Assembly: GCA_964502995.1 (NCBI GenBank)
Contig: CAZCZB010000001.1
Span: forward strand, 45,854-109,853
Source: an uncultured Dehalococcoidia bacterium
GTDB lineage: Bacteria > Chloroflexota > Dehalococcoidia > Lucifugimonadales > UBA3495
Reading direction: 5' to 3'
Length of the DNA: 64,000 nt
The position numbers were made by a program, and so were the translations under genes. Position 1 is the first letter of the stretch. Each line of letters opens with the position of its first letter. The notes under the pieces were generated by a model. That model searched no databases. It saw nothing but the letters and a program-made list of their open reading frames with translations, and was not told the DNA's origin. Shown piece after piece: positions 50,301 through 59,811 of the stretch.

Positions 50301-50753
50301 ATGGCAACGGAGACAAGAAACAGGATCCCTTGGTGGCGCCGTTGGGGGATGATCGTCGTCTGGGGAGTCTTGATCGGTTTGTGCATTGCCGCAATATCTT
50401 GTGGCGACGAAACCGATCAATCCTCAGCCGTTAACACTCAGATTTCCGCTGACCTGAAAGCCATGATCGTAGCGCAGGTCACAGGCTACCCAGAAGCGTT
50501 GGACGCCGCGATCACGCAACAAGACGAGGACATCAGCATTGTCCTTGTGGTCGCAGGCTGGACTTCCGAATCGAAGGCCAGAGAACTAGGCGACAACGCC
50601 GTAAGAATGACCAAAAGCCTCAGCCCAGATTCTTCTCCAGGGGAGTCAATTGGACAGGGAAGGTACAACTACTTGGTCAGCGTATATGACCCAGGTGAGC
50701 GGTTGATTGCTCAGGGCGCTAAAGCCAAGGGCGCCGACCGTATCACGTGGTAA
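50301..50753 (+). CDS. putative lipoprotein or membrane protein
   Basis: 150 aa. WGMIVVWGVLIGLCIAAISCGDE is signal/lipobox-like. Confidence 0.5.
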   Translation: MATETRNRIPWWRRWGMIVVWGVLIGLCIAAISCGDETDQSSAVNTQISADLKAMIVAQVTGYPEALDAAITQQDEDISIVLVVAGWTSESKARELGDNAVRMTKSLSPDSSPGESIGQGRYNYLVSVYDPGERLIAQGAKAKGADRITW

Positions 50754-50792
50754 TCAGCGCAAACCTTTGCGGCGTCATTTCGGAGCCTAATC

Positions 50793-51899
50793 ATGCCACT
50801 TGAAGAAAGCATCCACTCCCTCGCTGCACGACTGCCCGACGTCCTGTCTCTGATAGAAACCGAGGAGGGCACCAAGAACGCCCTGGTGCTCCCCTTCATC
50901 GCGGCGCTGGGCTACAACCCATTCGACCCGAATGAAGTCATACCTGAGTACGTCGCCGACGTGGGGATCCGGCGCGGCGAAAGGGTTGACTTTGCCTTGA
51001 TGCGGGACAGAGAGCCTATCATCCTCTTTGAGTGCAAGGCAGCTAACGTCAACTTGGGCGATAGCCACATATCGCAACTGTTTCGCTACTTCACCACCAC
51101 GCCGGTCCGCATCGGCGTGCTCACCAACGGCGTCGTTTATCGGTTCTTTTCGGACCTGGACAAAGCCAACACCATGGACCAGCAGCCTTTTCTCGAAGTC
51201 AACCTGGCGGAGTTGGACGATGCAACGGTCGCTGTACTGCACCGTTTCGCCAAAGGTTCCTTTGACGCGGAACGGACCATCGAGGCAGCCCTCGATCTGA
51301 AATACACCAACTCAATCCAACAGGTGCTGGCCGAAGAGTTCGCCAACCCGTCCGGCGAGTTGGTCCGAATGATAGCGCGGCGGGTCCATGGCAGCAGCGT
51401 ACCACAGGCAGTAATCAAGAGATTCGAGGCGTTGGTCAAGGACGCATTTGCTCGGTTCATCAACAAAAGAACCGAAGCCCGTCCTCAGTCCGGTCCCGAA
51501 CCGGACGGGTCGGGGACATCCACAGAAGAGGCTATTGCACAACACCGCCCGAACCCGGCGCCCGTGGAGCTTCCCATTGACTTGTTTATGGAACCGGGCG
51601 TCGGTATGTATTCGAGGGCGCGACTGGAGGACGATGGCTTTACCGTTGTCGTGCTTGCCGGGTCAGCGATTTGCGCGCACGAAAGGCGGACAGCTGGACT
51701 CGTCGTTTCCGAACAAAGAAGAGACGCCCTGGAGCGGGCCACATGGGTTGAAGATGGCGAACACTATCAACTGACGCAAGACTACAGATGCACATCGCCT
51801 ACCAACGCGGCCACTTTCGTCTTGGGGTGGCACGCCAATGGTCGTCAATGGTGGACAGATGCAGACGGCAGAAAGCTGGCCCAAATCCTGAACGGCTGA
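50793..51899 (+). CDS. restriction-endonuclease-like (HSDR_N-type PD-(D/E)xK) protein with C-terminal DUF4357-like domain
   Basis: EEGTKNALVLPFIAALGY...VDFALMRDREPIILFECKAANVNL...QLFRYF matches the type I R N-terminal fold. The C-terminal FTVVVLAGS...TSPTNAATFVLGWHANGRQWWTDADGRKL resembles DUF4357. Confidence 0.65.
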   Translation: MPLEESIHSLAARLPDVLSLIETEEGTKNALVLPFIAALGYNPFDPNEVIPEYVADVGIRRGERVDFALMRDREPIILFECKAANVNLGDSHISQLFRYFTTTPVRIGVLTNGVVYRFFSDLDKANTMDQQPFLEVNLAELDDATVAVLHRFAKGSFDAERTIEAALDLKYTNSIQQVLAEEFANPSGELVRMIARRVHGSSVPQAVIKRFEALVKDAFARFINKRTEARPQSGPEPDGSGTSTEEAIAQHRPNPAPVELPIDLFMEPGVGMYSRARLEDDGFTVVVLAGSAICAHERRTAGLVVSEQRRDALERATWVEDGEHYQLTQDYRCTSPTNAATFVLGWHANGRQWWTDADGRKLAQILNG

Positions 51900-51928
51900 G
51901 CCGAGATAGTCCATAACGAACGACCGAT

Positions 51929-52405
51929 TTGACGACAAGGGAGACTACTTTGAAAACTAGGACCACTTTGCTTGCCGCCTTTGCGGTGGTCGTCGCCATC
52001 GTTGGGGCGTGGTTCTCTGCCGGCGCGAGCGTCTCCGCGCACCAGCCTGACGTTTATCAGATTGATCAGAGCAATGCACCTGATCCCCCCTGCACCTTCT
52101 ACCACGACGATGCCTGTGAAATCGCCGCTACCCCAGGAAGTTTGACTATCTCTGAGTCGAACTGGGCCGGGCAATCCCATGGACTCGATACCCAACTCAG
52201 CGCCGCGCAAGCGCACTTTCAGAACCTTACCGGCTTCGCCGAACTAAAGGGGCAGGTGAACGACCACATCGTGCCAAGCGTCACCCGCTTACTTGTCGCA
52301 AGCGGCGGGACCGATACTTCGAGCGGAGATGTGAGCTACGCCATAACCTCAGACATCACCGGCCTGCCGTGGATCGCGGAGGCGGAGTACCAGGTACTGC
52401 CTTAG
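51929..52405 (+). CDS. secreted hypothetical protein
   Basis: 158 aa. Signal-like TLLAAFAVVVAIVGAWFSAGASVSA. Confidence 0.5.
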   Translation: MTTRETTLKTRTTLLAAFAVVVAIVGAWFSAGASVSAHQPDVYQIDQSNAPDPPCTFYHDDACEIAATPGSLTISESNWAGQSHGLDTQLSAAQAHFQNLTGFAELKGQVNDHIVPSVTRLLVASGGTDTSSGDVSYAITSDITGLPWIAEAEYQVLP

Positions 52406-52425
52406 GTCAGACCGACATCAACCCC

Positions 52426-53553
52426 ATGGCCGGCCAGATAACACAACGCAAGCCCGGCGTCTGGAAGCTCGTCGTCAACCTCGGCCGCGATACCCAGGGC
52501 ATCCGCCGGCGCCGCGCCTTCACCGTTCACGGCACCCGCCGCGACGCCGAGCGACGCCTGCGTGAAATCCTGACCGACCTTGACCGCGGCGTCGCTCCGC
52601 CGGAACACATCACCTTGGCCGAGTGGCTCGACCGTTGGATGCGGGAGGTCATCGTCCCTCAGCGGAGTGTGGCCACCGCCGAGCGGTACGAGGGCATCAT
52701 CCGCAAGTACATTGGCCCAGCCCTCGGCCATCACGAATTGGCCCGACTATCGCCCCTGCGGATCAAGCGGTTCCAGGACGAGATGCTCGATGACGGCCTG
52801 TCGCCCTCGTCAGTGGGCCTGATGCACATCATCATTTCGGGGGCCTACCGCTACGCCATGATGCTGGAGGTAGTCCAGCGCAACCCCGCGTCGGCGGTGC
52901 CGGGCCCACCCCGCGTTCGGGGCGCAATCGACGTACCCGAGGTCGAATACGTTCAGGCGATGCTGGACCTGGCCGAACGCGAAAAGCACCTGTTGTTCCC
53001 CATGATCCACGCCATCGCCTACACCGGAATGCGCCGGGGCGAGGCCATCGCGCTGACGTGGGACGACGTCGACCTGGACAACGGCTATTTGGAGATAACC
53101 CGTTCGGCGGGCTGGCGACGGGCCGGGCTGGTCATCTCGTCGCCCAAGACTGCCGCCGGCGCCCGCATGGTGGACCTGGACCCGAGGACGATTGAGGTGC
53201 TGCTGGACCACCGGAAGTGGCAGGCCGCTTACATCGCGGACCATGCCGGCTACTACGACAACCGGGGCATATTGTTCGCTGACGAAAAAGGCGGCTATAT
53301 CAAGCCCAACCGGGTGTCGCGGACTATTGGGGACCTTGGTCGGAAGGTCGGCCACCCCCGAATGACGACCCACTCCCTGCGCCACTTCCACGTGACGATG
53401 CTGTTGCAATCGGGGTTCCACGAGGCCATCGTCGCCCAGCGCGCCGGCCACGCCAATTCCTCAATCACCCGGACGGTGTACGCCCACGCACTGCCCGGCT
53501 GGCAACGCGAAGCGGCGGAAGCCTTCGGTAAGGCTATGGAGCGTGGAGCGTGA
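52426..53553 (+). CDS. int: tyrosine integrase
   Basis: Start at ATG 52426 (MAGQITQRKPGVWKLVVNLG). AYTGMRRGEAIALTWDDVD (Arg I), HSLRHFHVT (H-x-x-R) and RTVYAH (Tyr). Confidence 0.9.
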   Translation: MAGQITQRKPGVWKLVVNLGRDTQGIRRRRAFTVHGTRRDAERRLREILTDLDRGVAPPEHITLAEWLDRWMREVIVPQRSVATAERYEGIIRKYIGPALGHHELARLSPLRIKRFQDEMLDDGLSPSSVGLMHIIISGAYRYAMMLEVVQRNPASAVPGPPRVRGAIDVPEVEYVQAMLDLAEREKHLLFPMIHAIAYTGMRRGEAIALTWDDVDLDNGYLEITRSAGWRRAGLVISSPKTAAGARMVDLDPRTIEVLLDHRKWQAAYIADHAGYYDNRGILFADEKGGYIKPNRVSRTIGDLGRKVGHPRMTTHSLRHFHVTMLLQSGFHEAIVAQRAGHANSSITRTVYAHALPGWQREAAEAFGKAMERGA

Positions 53554-53693
53554 CTGTGAGATTGGTGCCTCTCTCCGAAAATGGTGCCCTAATGGTGCCC
53601 TGCTCGCCAACGTCCCATGATGGACGGTGGCGCCAAACCCCTGATTTCCCGCACGGATGCGATGCCAACGATGCTTTGCGATGCTGATATGCG

Positions 53694-53713
53694 GAGTCCC
53701 TCCCTCGGCACCA
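53694..53713 (+). other. tRNA 3'-end-like fragment; candidate att core / right prophage boundary
   Basis: GAGTCCCTC-CCTCGGC-A-CCA reads as T-loop end + T-stem + acceptor strand + discriminator + CCA. The 5' two-thirds of a tRNA are absent upstream. 140 nt after the int stop. Confidence 0.3.
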
Positions 53714-54192
53714 GATTTCTTCCAAATGAGTATAAAAAGCCCCATCGGCGTTGCTGTGTATGACATCCTGCTTCTTTGGGTTGCCTGCTGCCAAGGCGCG
53801 ACGTCAGCCGTCAGCAAAGCGGAGCGCCACTCGTTCTATTGGCGCGGCTGCGGAACCGAAAAACCGTACGAGCCGAAAATCTGCGAACGGCATGGTTCCC
53901 GGGTCATGTGAGCGGGTACCGGGTAACAGGTGAAACCGGTGGCCCATGCCATAGCCGGTTCCTTGCCCGTCAAGAGTAAAGTCCCCACACGTGGATCAAC
54001 TGAAATCGGGTGGCAGGAAGATGGCCACCGCGTCATCCTGATCGGAATTACCAAAGCCCGATGAGGGAGGGCCGCGATGGCCAAGCACAGCGTGGCGAAC
54101 GCAGTCCGGACCGGCTCACCCACTGCGATGTGGTGGGCACGTTTGGGGATAAACTCCCAAAACCCCATTCCAAACGAGGTTGCCCATTGCCG

Positions 54193-55026
54193 TCAGGTAG
54201 GCTTCGTTGCCACGAACAGCGCCCAGCCAATGTTGCCGGCGTTGGCCGAATCGACCCAGAAGGACAGTGCCTCCACCGTTCCGTCAATGGTGTCGTAACC
54301 GATTCTGGGAGCCAGGGCCTCGCGGTTTTCCAGCAGGCGGTCGCGCACCCACGCATAGGAACGACCGACGTGCTGGGACCAGTCCTCCTCCCGTGTAACG
54401 GGCAGGTCGAGGCGGGACAACGCGGCCCGATAATCTTGCATATCCCACATATCGGGGGACTTGACCCGGTCATATATCTTTTCCCGATCGGCCTCCGGCG
54501 TGGTTCGGCGCACCAGGATGTCAGTGAATATCAGGCTGCCGCCCGGCCTCGCTACGCGCCGGCATTCCGACAGGACGGCGTTCTTGTCTGCGGCGTGCAG
54601 AAAGGCTTCCTGGCTCCAGACCACATCGTAGGAATCGTCGGCGTAGAAGAGTCGGTGAAAATCCCCGTACTCAAAGGACAGGAGGTGGTCCAGGCCGGCC
54701 TCCGTGGCGCGCGAGCGGGCCAGTTCCAATTCCTTCTCGCTGATGTTTGCGCCGGTCACCGCGCAACCGAAGTTTGCCGCAAGGTATCGGGCGGTGGAAC
54801 CATAGCCGCACCCCAGGTCCAACACCCGCGTACCCGGCCGCAACGAGACAGCGTTGGCCATAATCTCGTTGGTATGCTCCATCGCCTCGGGATGCGAGCA
54901 GTCGGGGTGGCGAGGCACGCCCAGATGCAGATTATCACCCCAGATGGTGCGATATATCTCGTCGGCGGGGCCGTCGTAGTATTCCTGGGTGCTGGCAACG
55001 ATGGCGCCGATGTCCCTTTCCGTCAT
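54193..55026 (-). CDS. SAM-dependent methyltransferase, sarcosine/dimethylglycine N-methyltransferase-like
   Basis: VLDLGCGYGSTARYLA is SAM motif I. YYDGPADEIYRTIWGDNLHLG is typical of this subgroup. Start could be ATG 55026, 55041 or 55086. Confidence 0.7.
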   Translation of the reverse strand: MTERDIGAIVASTQEYYDGPADEIYRTIWGDNLHLGVPRHPDCSHPEAMEHTNEIMANAVSLRPGTRVLDLGCGYGSTARYLAANFGCAVTGANISEKELELARSRATEAGLDHLLSFEYGDFHRLFYADDSYDVVWSQEAFLHAADKNAVLSECRRVARPGGSLIFTDILVRRTTPEADREKIYDRVKSPDMWDMQDYRAALSRLDLPVTREEDWSQHVGRSYAWVRDRLLENREALAPRIGYDTIDGTVEALSFWVDSANAGNIGWALFVATKPT

Positions 55027-55094
55027 GGTGAACGTCTCCATTGGTGTCGACTGGAATGAAGCCGGTTGTCCGGCAACAGCGGCCAAGCTGAAGC

Positions 55095-55865
55095 TTACTT
55101 CAAGGCGATCTGGATCACGAAATCCGGATCGTAGCGCTCATAACTCGCTTCGAAATCGCCGTACCGCTCCACGCTCCGAAAGCCGGCGTCGAGCAAAAGT
55201 CCGGTTATGTAGTCCTGCCGGATGGGACATATCGTCAGGAAGTGGACCTCGCCATCGCTGTATTCGTACCGCATCTTCAGGATGTCTTCGGTCAGTTCCT
55301 CGGGTTTGACATCCACGGTATCGCCCAGATAGTACGACTGGTGCTTGCTGCTGAAACCGTTGTCCAGAATGGCGTCATAGTTGCGCTGGTCGATGATGGC
55401 GACCCCGCCATCGTTGAGCAAGTGGTACACCTCATCAAGCGACCGGATACGATCCGATTCGTCGAACAGGTGGGTGAATGCGTTGCCCAGGCAGATGACG
55501 GCATCGAACCGCTCGTCGGGGAATGACTCTCCCAACGTGGTCCACTCGGCCTCCACGATACGCAGGTTGTCTATTCCCCAGCGTTCGGCGTTTTCCCTGG
55601 TCTGCGCCAGCATATTGGGCGCACCGTCGGCCGCGGTCACGTCGAAACCGTCGGATGTCAGCGTAACGGCGTGAAATCCGGTGCCGCAGGCGATGTCCAG
55701 CACGGTTTCCGCCCCATGCTGGCTCAAAATATCCTGGAAAAAATTGTTCTCCGCCTCTGCCCGACGCTGCCAATCGATCAATTCGTCCCACCGTCCGGCG
55801 AACTCCGGCGAGTACTCCTCCTTGTACAACTCCTTGGGGACGATGCTTCTTTCGGCTTTGGACAT
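55095..55865 (-). CDS. SAM-dependent methyltransferase, glycine/sarcosine N-methyltransferase-like
   Basis: Start at ATG 55865 (RBS AAGGAG). VLDIACGTGFHAVTL is motif I. AVICLGNAFTHL is GNMT-like. Confidence 0.7.
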   Translation of the reverse strand: MSKAERSIVPKELYKEEYSPEFAGRWDELIDWQRRAEAENNFFQDILSQHGAETVLDIACGTGFHAVTLTSDGFDVTAADGAPNMLAQTRENAERWGIDNLRIVEAEWTTLGESFPDERFDAVICLGNAFTHLFDESDRIRSLDEVYHLLNDGGVAIIDQRNYDAILDNGFSSKHQSYYLGDTVDVKPEELTEDILKMRYEYSDGEVHFLTICPIRQDYITGLLLDAGFRSVERYGDFEASYERYDPDFVIQIALK

Positions 55866-56575
55866 GCCATCACTCCTTGTGTGGTGAACTCTATTCCCCT
55901 GGAAGGGTCGGCAACCGGTCAGCATCGTGATTCGCTTCAAGGAATCCAACAGTCGGGTGGGCAGCAGCGGAATCCTGAAACCCCGCACCGCATCCCTGCC
56001 AGCGAGCGATGCAGCCCCGGATTCGGGCGGGAATCGGGCGCGAGAGGCGCCGGAGGCGAAAGAGCCGGCAAGATGCCGGCGCAATGGCACGGCCAGACTC
56101 TACCCAGACCTGGCCCACCAGGGTTTATTCGTTTGTAACAGTAAGTAGCCGGACCCGGCCCGGTCAAAGATAATCCGCTCCGGCGTCCTTCCCCCACGGT
56201 TGTACCACGTTCGATGTGGACCGACCAGCCTGGGTTCAGGATCCCTGGGCCGGATGGCCCCGGACGCGCCGGATCATAGCAGCCATTGAACCATGTGGTG
56301 GCGGCCGCACTACGGAAACTCGACCGTGATGGCGCCGTATCTCTCCAGATAGCCGTTCGCGTGGCGCCAGAGGGGCGGCGTTTCATCATCGTCCTGGACA
56401 ATCATCGGAGGCGTCGGTTATCGATGGCAGCGCTCGCCGCTCCGAGCGGGCAGGGACAAGGACACCAACGACAGGGAAACGGCAAACTGCACCGGTCAAA
56501 CTGCCACGCGACCAGGGTCGGGCGTGATCCCTGGCGATCACCGGGTCAATTCCCGCCGCGTTTCCGGATGGCGGC

Positions 56576-57784
56576 TCAGATAACCCTGACCGCCCGCAGC
56601 AGTCCCAGGTCCCGAAGCGTGAGGCCCAGTTCACCACACAGAATTTCGACGTTGTGTTCGCCCAGGCGGGGCGCCGGTCGGGTCGATGCCATGGCGTTTT
56701 CCCCATCGATAAAGAATCCCGAACCCGGGTAGTTCAACTGCCCGGCGCTGGCATGATCCATTTCCACGAAGAATCCTCTCTCTTCCAGGTGCGGCGATTC
56801 CACCACTTGCTGCGGCGTCTGAACCAGTCCAATGACGAGGCCCCGGGCCATGCTCTCTCGCATCAAGTCCAGATTGGTCCACTGGGCCAGTTTGGGGGCC
56901 ACCAGGGCGTGAAGTTCCTCCCAGTGTTCCATCCGGCCTCCGCGGGATGCGAACTTGGGGTCCAGCAGCCCGGGTTCTTCCAGAAACTCTGCCCACGCCT
57001 GCATGGGTCGGCCGCCGGTGCCGGCTGTGGTGAGTGTTACTTCTCCGTCCAGGGTGGGCAGGTGCATCCCGTCCATGACGTTGCCGTCGCTGCCTCCCCG
57101 GTGAGGATTGCGTCCGGTGTAGGTGTAGGGGTGAATCAGCCCGGAGGGGGTGCTGACGGCGGCCTCCATCGTCGAAACGTCGATGTGCGTGCCGTTGCCC
57201 GACTGCTCCCGTCGCATGAGCGCGGCCATCACCGCCACCGCGCTGTTGCGCGCTGCGGTGATCTCCATCTGCTGCAGGGCTGTGCCCATTGGCGGCTTGC
57301 TGGCCGAGCCGGTCACTGCGTAAAGGTAACCGCCCATGGCCTGAGCCACCAGATCATCGCCCTGGTAGCCGGCGTATGGCCCGTCCTGGCCAAAATAGGT
57401 GATGGAAACCAGGATCAGGCCGGGGTTGAATTGAGACAGGTTTTCATAGCCCAGCCCCAATTCCGCCAGCCTGCCGGGTGGATGGCTCTCAACAATCACA
57501 TCCGCGGTGGCGGCCAATCGCTGGAAAAGGTCGCGCCCGTCCGCCTGCTCCACGTCCAGCGTGATGCCCCGCTTGTTGGTGTTGAAGGCAAGGTAGGAGG
57601 TGCTCCGGTCGGGATGGGGCGCCTCGTCTATGAAGGGTGGTTCGTGCCGGGCCTGGTCGCCCCAGCCGGGCGGCTCAACCTTGATGGTGTCCGCGCCCTG
57701 ATCGGCCAGCAGCTTGGCGCAATAGGAACCGGAGGGCCGGTGGGTCAGTTCCAATACGCGCAATTCTGAAAGTATTCCGGGCAT
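56576..57784 (-). CDS. family III CoA-transferase (CaiB/BaiF)
   Basis: 402 aa. LRVLELTHRPSGSYCAKLLADQGADTIKVEPPGWGD is the N-terminal signature. Confidence 0.85.
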   Translation of the reverse strand: MPGILSELRVLELTHRPSGSYCAKLLADQGADTIKVEPPGWGDQARHEPPFIDEAPHPDRSTSYLAFNTNKRGITLDVEQADGRDLFQRLAATADVIVESHPPGRLAELGLGYENLSQFNPGLILVSITYFGQDGPYAGYQGDDLVAQAMGGYLYAVTGSASKPPMGTALQQMEITAARNSAVAVMAALMRREQSGNGTHIDVSTMEAAVSTPSGLIHPYTYTGRNPHRGGSDGNVMDGMHLPTLDGEVTLTTAGTGGRPMQAWAEFLEEPGLLDPKFASRGGRMEHWEELHALVAPKLAQWTNLDLMRESMARGLVIGLVQTPQQVVESPHLEERGFFVEMDHASAGQLNYPGSGFFIDGENAMASTRPAPRLGEHNVEILCGELGLTLRDLGLLRAVRVI

Positions 57785-57862
57785 ATTCTCTCCAACAATC
57801 GCCTATTCCAGAGTGTTTATTCCACTGCCCTTCTCAATCGGTCGTGGGCGCCGGCGTTTCAA

Positions 57863-59122
57863 CTACGGCCTTGGTTCGTCGGGACGGGGCGCGCCGAAAA
57901 CCACGCCCTCGGATTCCAGATCGGTTATCTCCGCCGGCGACAACCCGGCCAGGTCGGCCAATATGGCCTCGTTGTCCTGCCCCAATCCCGCGACCTTTTC
58001 GATCGACATGGGATTGCCCGGGTCTCTAAACGGTCGCCCGGCGAAAATACGGGGCCCCACGGCAGGCGCTTGAGGGTTGGAAAACTCCCACATATAGCCG
58101 CGTTCCCGTAGATGAGAGTCGTTCGCCAGATCCTGTGCGGTCATCGCCGAACCGGCCGCGATGCCCAGTCCCTGCAACCTTTGAGCCAAGTCCAGGTCGT
58201 CGTGCTGGGAGGTCCAGTTGCCGATCGACTCGTCCAGTTCGTGGCGGTTGTGCCAGCGGGACAAAGCCGTGGCGAATTTGGCATCCTCGGCCCATTGCGG
58301 TCCGCCCATTGCTGCCTTCAGCGATCCCCATTCCGCATCGGACGACACGACGATTACTATCCAACGGTCGTCGCCCCTGGCCGGATACACATTGTGCGGC
58401 GCCTTCCACCAGTGGGCGCAGCCCAAACGATCGCGGGTGATCCCCCGCTGCGCCTCCAGGATGGCCGGTCCCACCGCCGAGACTCCCGTTTCCAGCATGG
58501 TGAGGTCAACCCGCAGGCCCTGGCCGGTTCTGGCGCGCTGGTACAGCGCCAGCAGCAGGGCGTAAGCCACGTTGTTGCCCACGGAATGGTCCATGTAGTT
58601 GGGGCTGGCACGCTGGGAGGGTCCCTCCTCGTAGCCGGTCAGGAAGGACAGACCGCACGCGGCGTCAACAGTCCGGGCACGGGAGCCGGCGCGCCGCCAG
58701 GGTCCGGTGTACCCGTATGCGGTGCTGCTTAGGGTGATGATACGGGGATTGACTGCGGAGAGACTTTCGTGGTCGAACCCGAACCGCTGCATGGTGCCGG
58801 GACGGAAGTTATCGGTCACGATGTCAGCCGTTTCCACCAGTTTGAGAAAGACTTCCTTGCCTCGCGGGTTCGTCACGTCCATGCACAGGCTGCGCTTGTT
58901 GCGAGCGCCGTAATAGACCATGTTGCCGGCTTCGTTCCACCACTCATCGCCGGGAACGCCCTCGGGAAAGGGGCCGGCTTTTCGGTCCTGCAGGTGGTCG
59001 GGGCTTTCGACGCGTATCACATCGGCGCCCAGATCAGCGAGGAACCCCGTCCCCCACGGCAGCGCATGCACCTGCTCCAGGGTCAGGACTCTAACGCCGT
59101 CGAGAATACCCTTCTCCGCCAT
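57863..59122 (-). CDS. family III CoA-transferase (CaiB/BaiF), paralog
   Basis: Start at ATG 59122 (RBS GGGAGG). VRVLTLEQVHALPWGTGFLADLGADVIRVESP. Confidence 0.85.
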   Translation of the reverse strand: MAEKGILDGVRVLTLEQVHALPWGTGFLADLGADVIRVESPDHLQDRKAGPFPEGVPGDEWWNEAGNMVYYGARNKRSLCMDVTNPRGKEVFLKLVETADIVTDNFRPGTMQRFGFDHESLSAVNPRIITLSSTAYGYTGPWRRAGSRARTVDAACGLSFLTGYEEGPSQRASPNYMDHSVGNNVAYALLLALYQRARTGQGLRVDLTMLETGVSAVGPAILEAQRGITRDRLGCAHWWKAPHNVYPARGDDRWIVIVVSSDAEWGSLKAAMGGPQWAEDAKFATALSRWHNRHELDESIGNWTSQHDDLDLAQRLQGLGIAAGSAMTAQDLANDSHLRERGYMWEFSNPQAPAVGPRIFAGRPFRDPGNPMSIEKVAGLGQDNEAILADLAGLSPAEITDLESEGVVFGAPRPDEPRP

Positions 59123-59811
59123 TGTTGCTGGACCTCCCTTTGCCGCCGGTGCGCCGGTGCGTTTGACAGGCGCAATGATAGTCGAGGCCAGGGGCCGCGT
59201 CCACTTGACCGGTGTCCGCTGCATCGCCGCTCTCCCGCTACGGCGACGTTCGACATCTTTACCGGCCTGCCGGCGCGCGACGCATAGGCACTCTGGGATC
59301 CTCGCTTTCGAGCGGTTATCGGCTGGGCGAGACGAGCAATGTCCGCCCCGCCCTGTTCATCCATACAGGTCTGACCCGTAGATTGCCGTCCGATCAGAAT
59401 CGCATTTCTGGCAGACAACGCGCTGCGCTAACACGGCGCCGTTAACCGGCCAGATCAGCATTGGCGGGTGCTTACTGTATTGCGCCGCTTGCCCCAGATC
59501 ATTCGTTGGCGAACCGGTCGGGGCCAACCGGCCGGGTTCAAGAGCCGTGAGTGCATACCCCCGATAGCGGCTCCGGAGATTCGCGGGTCCGGTTTTGACG
59601 GTCAAAGGAGTTTCGGACTCACGAATGAACGGCAACATGATGCCGCGGTTCGGCGGCTGAACCGAAACGGGCTCGCCAGTCTCCTGGGCTTGCCCGCGGT
59701 CGATCTACGCCGTACAGTAATGGCGCTGTGTACTTCACGCTCCGATACCTTTGTCCCGTACCAGGGCGGGCCAGGGCAGCGGGCGGGATCAATCTGGAAA
59801 GGGAGGTCAAG

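Noticed and set aside
53990-54075. CCTGATCGGAATTACC...GAGGGA and CTGAAATCGGGTGGC, faintly reminiscent of a TPP riboswitch. Also GAGAGGCGCCGGAGGCGAAAG at 56041-56062, reminiscent of a glycine riboswitch.
   Set aside because: The order and spacing of the conserved blocks do not match the known consensus. No downstream gene lies in the required orientation. This cannot be supported without a covariance-model search.
53836-54168. A 110-aa minus-strand ORF in the gap between the integrase and the host genes.
   Set aside because: It has no RBS, an odd composition and no motif. It overlaps the putative att/intergenic region and is more likely non-coding.
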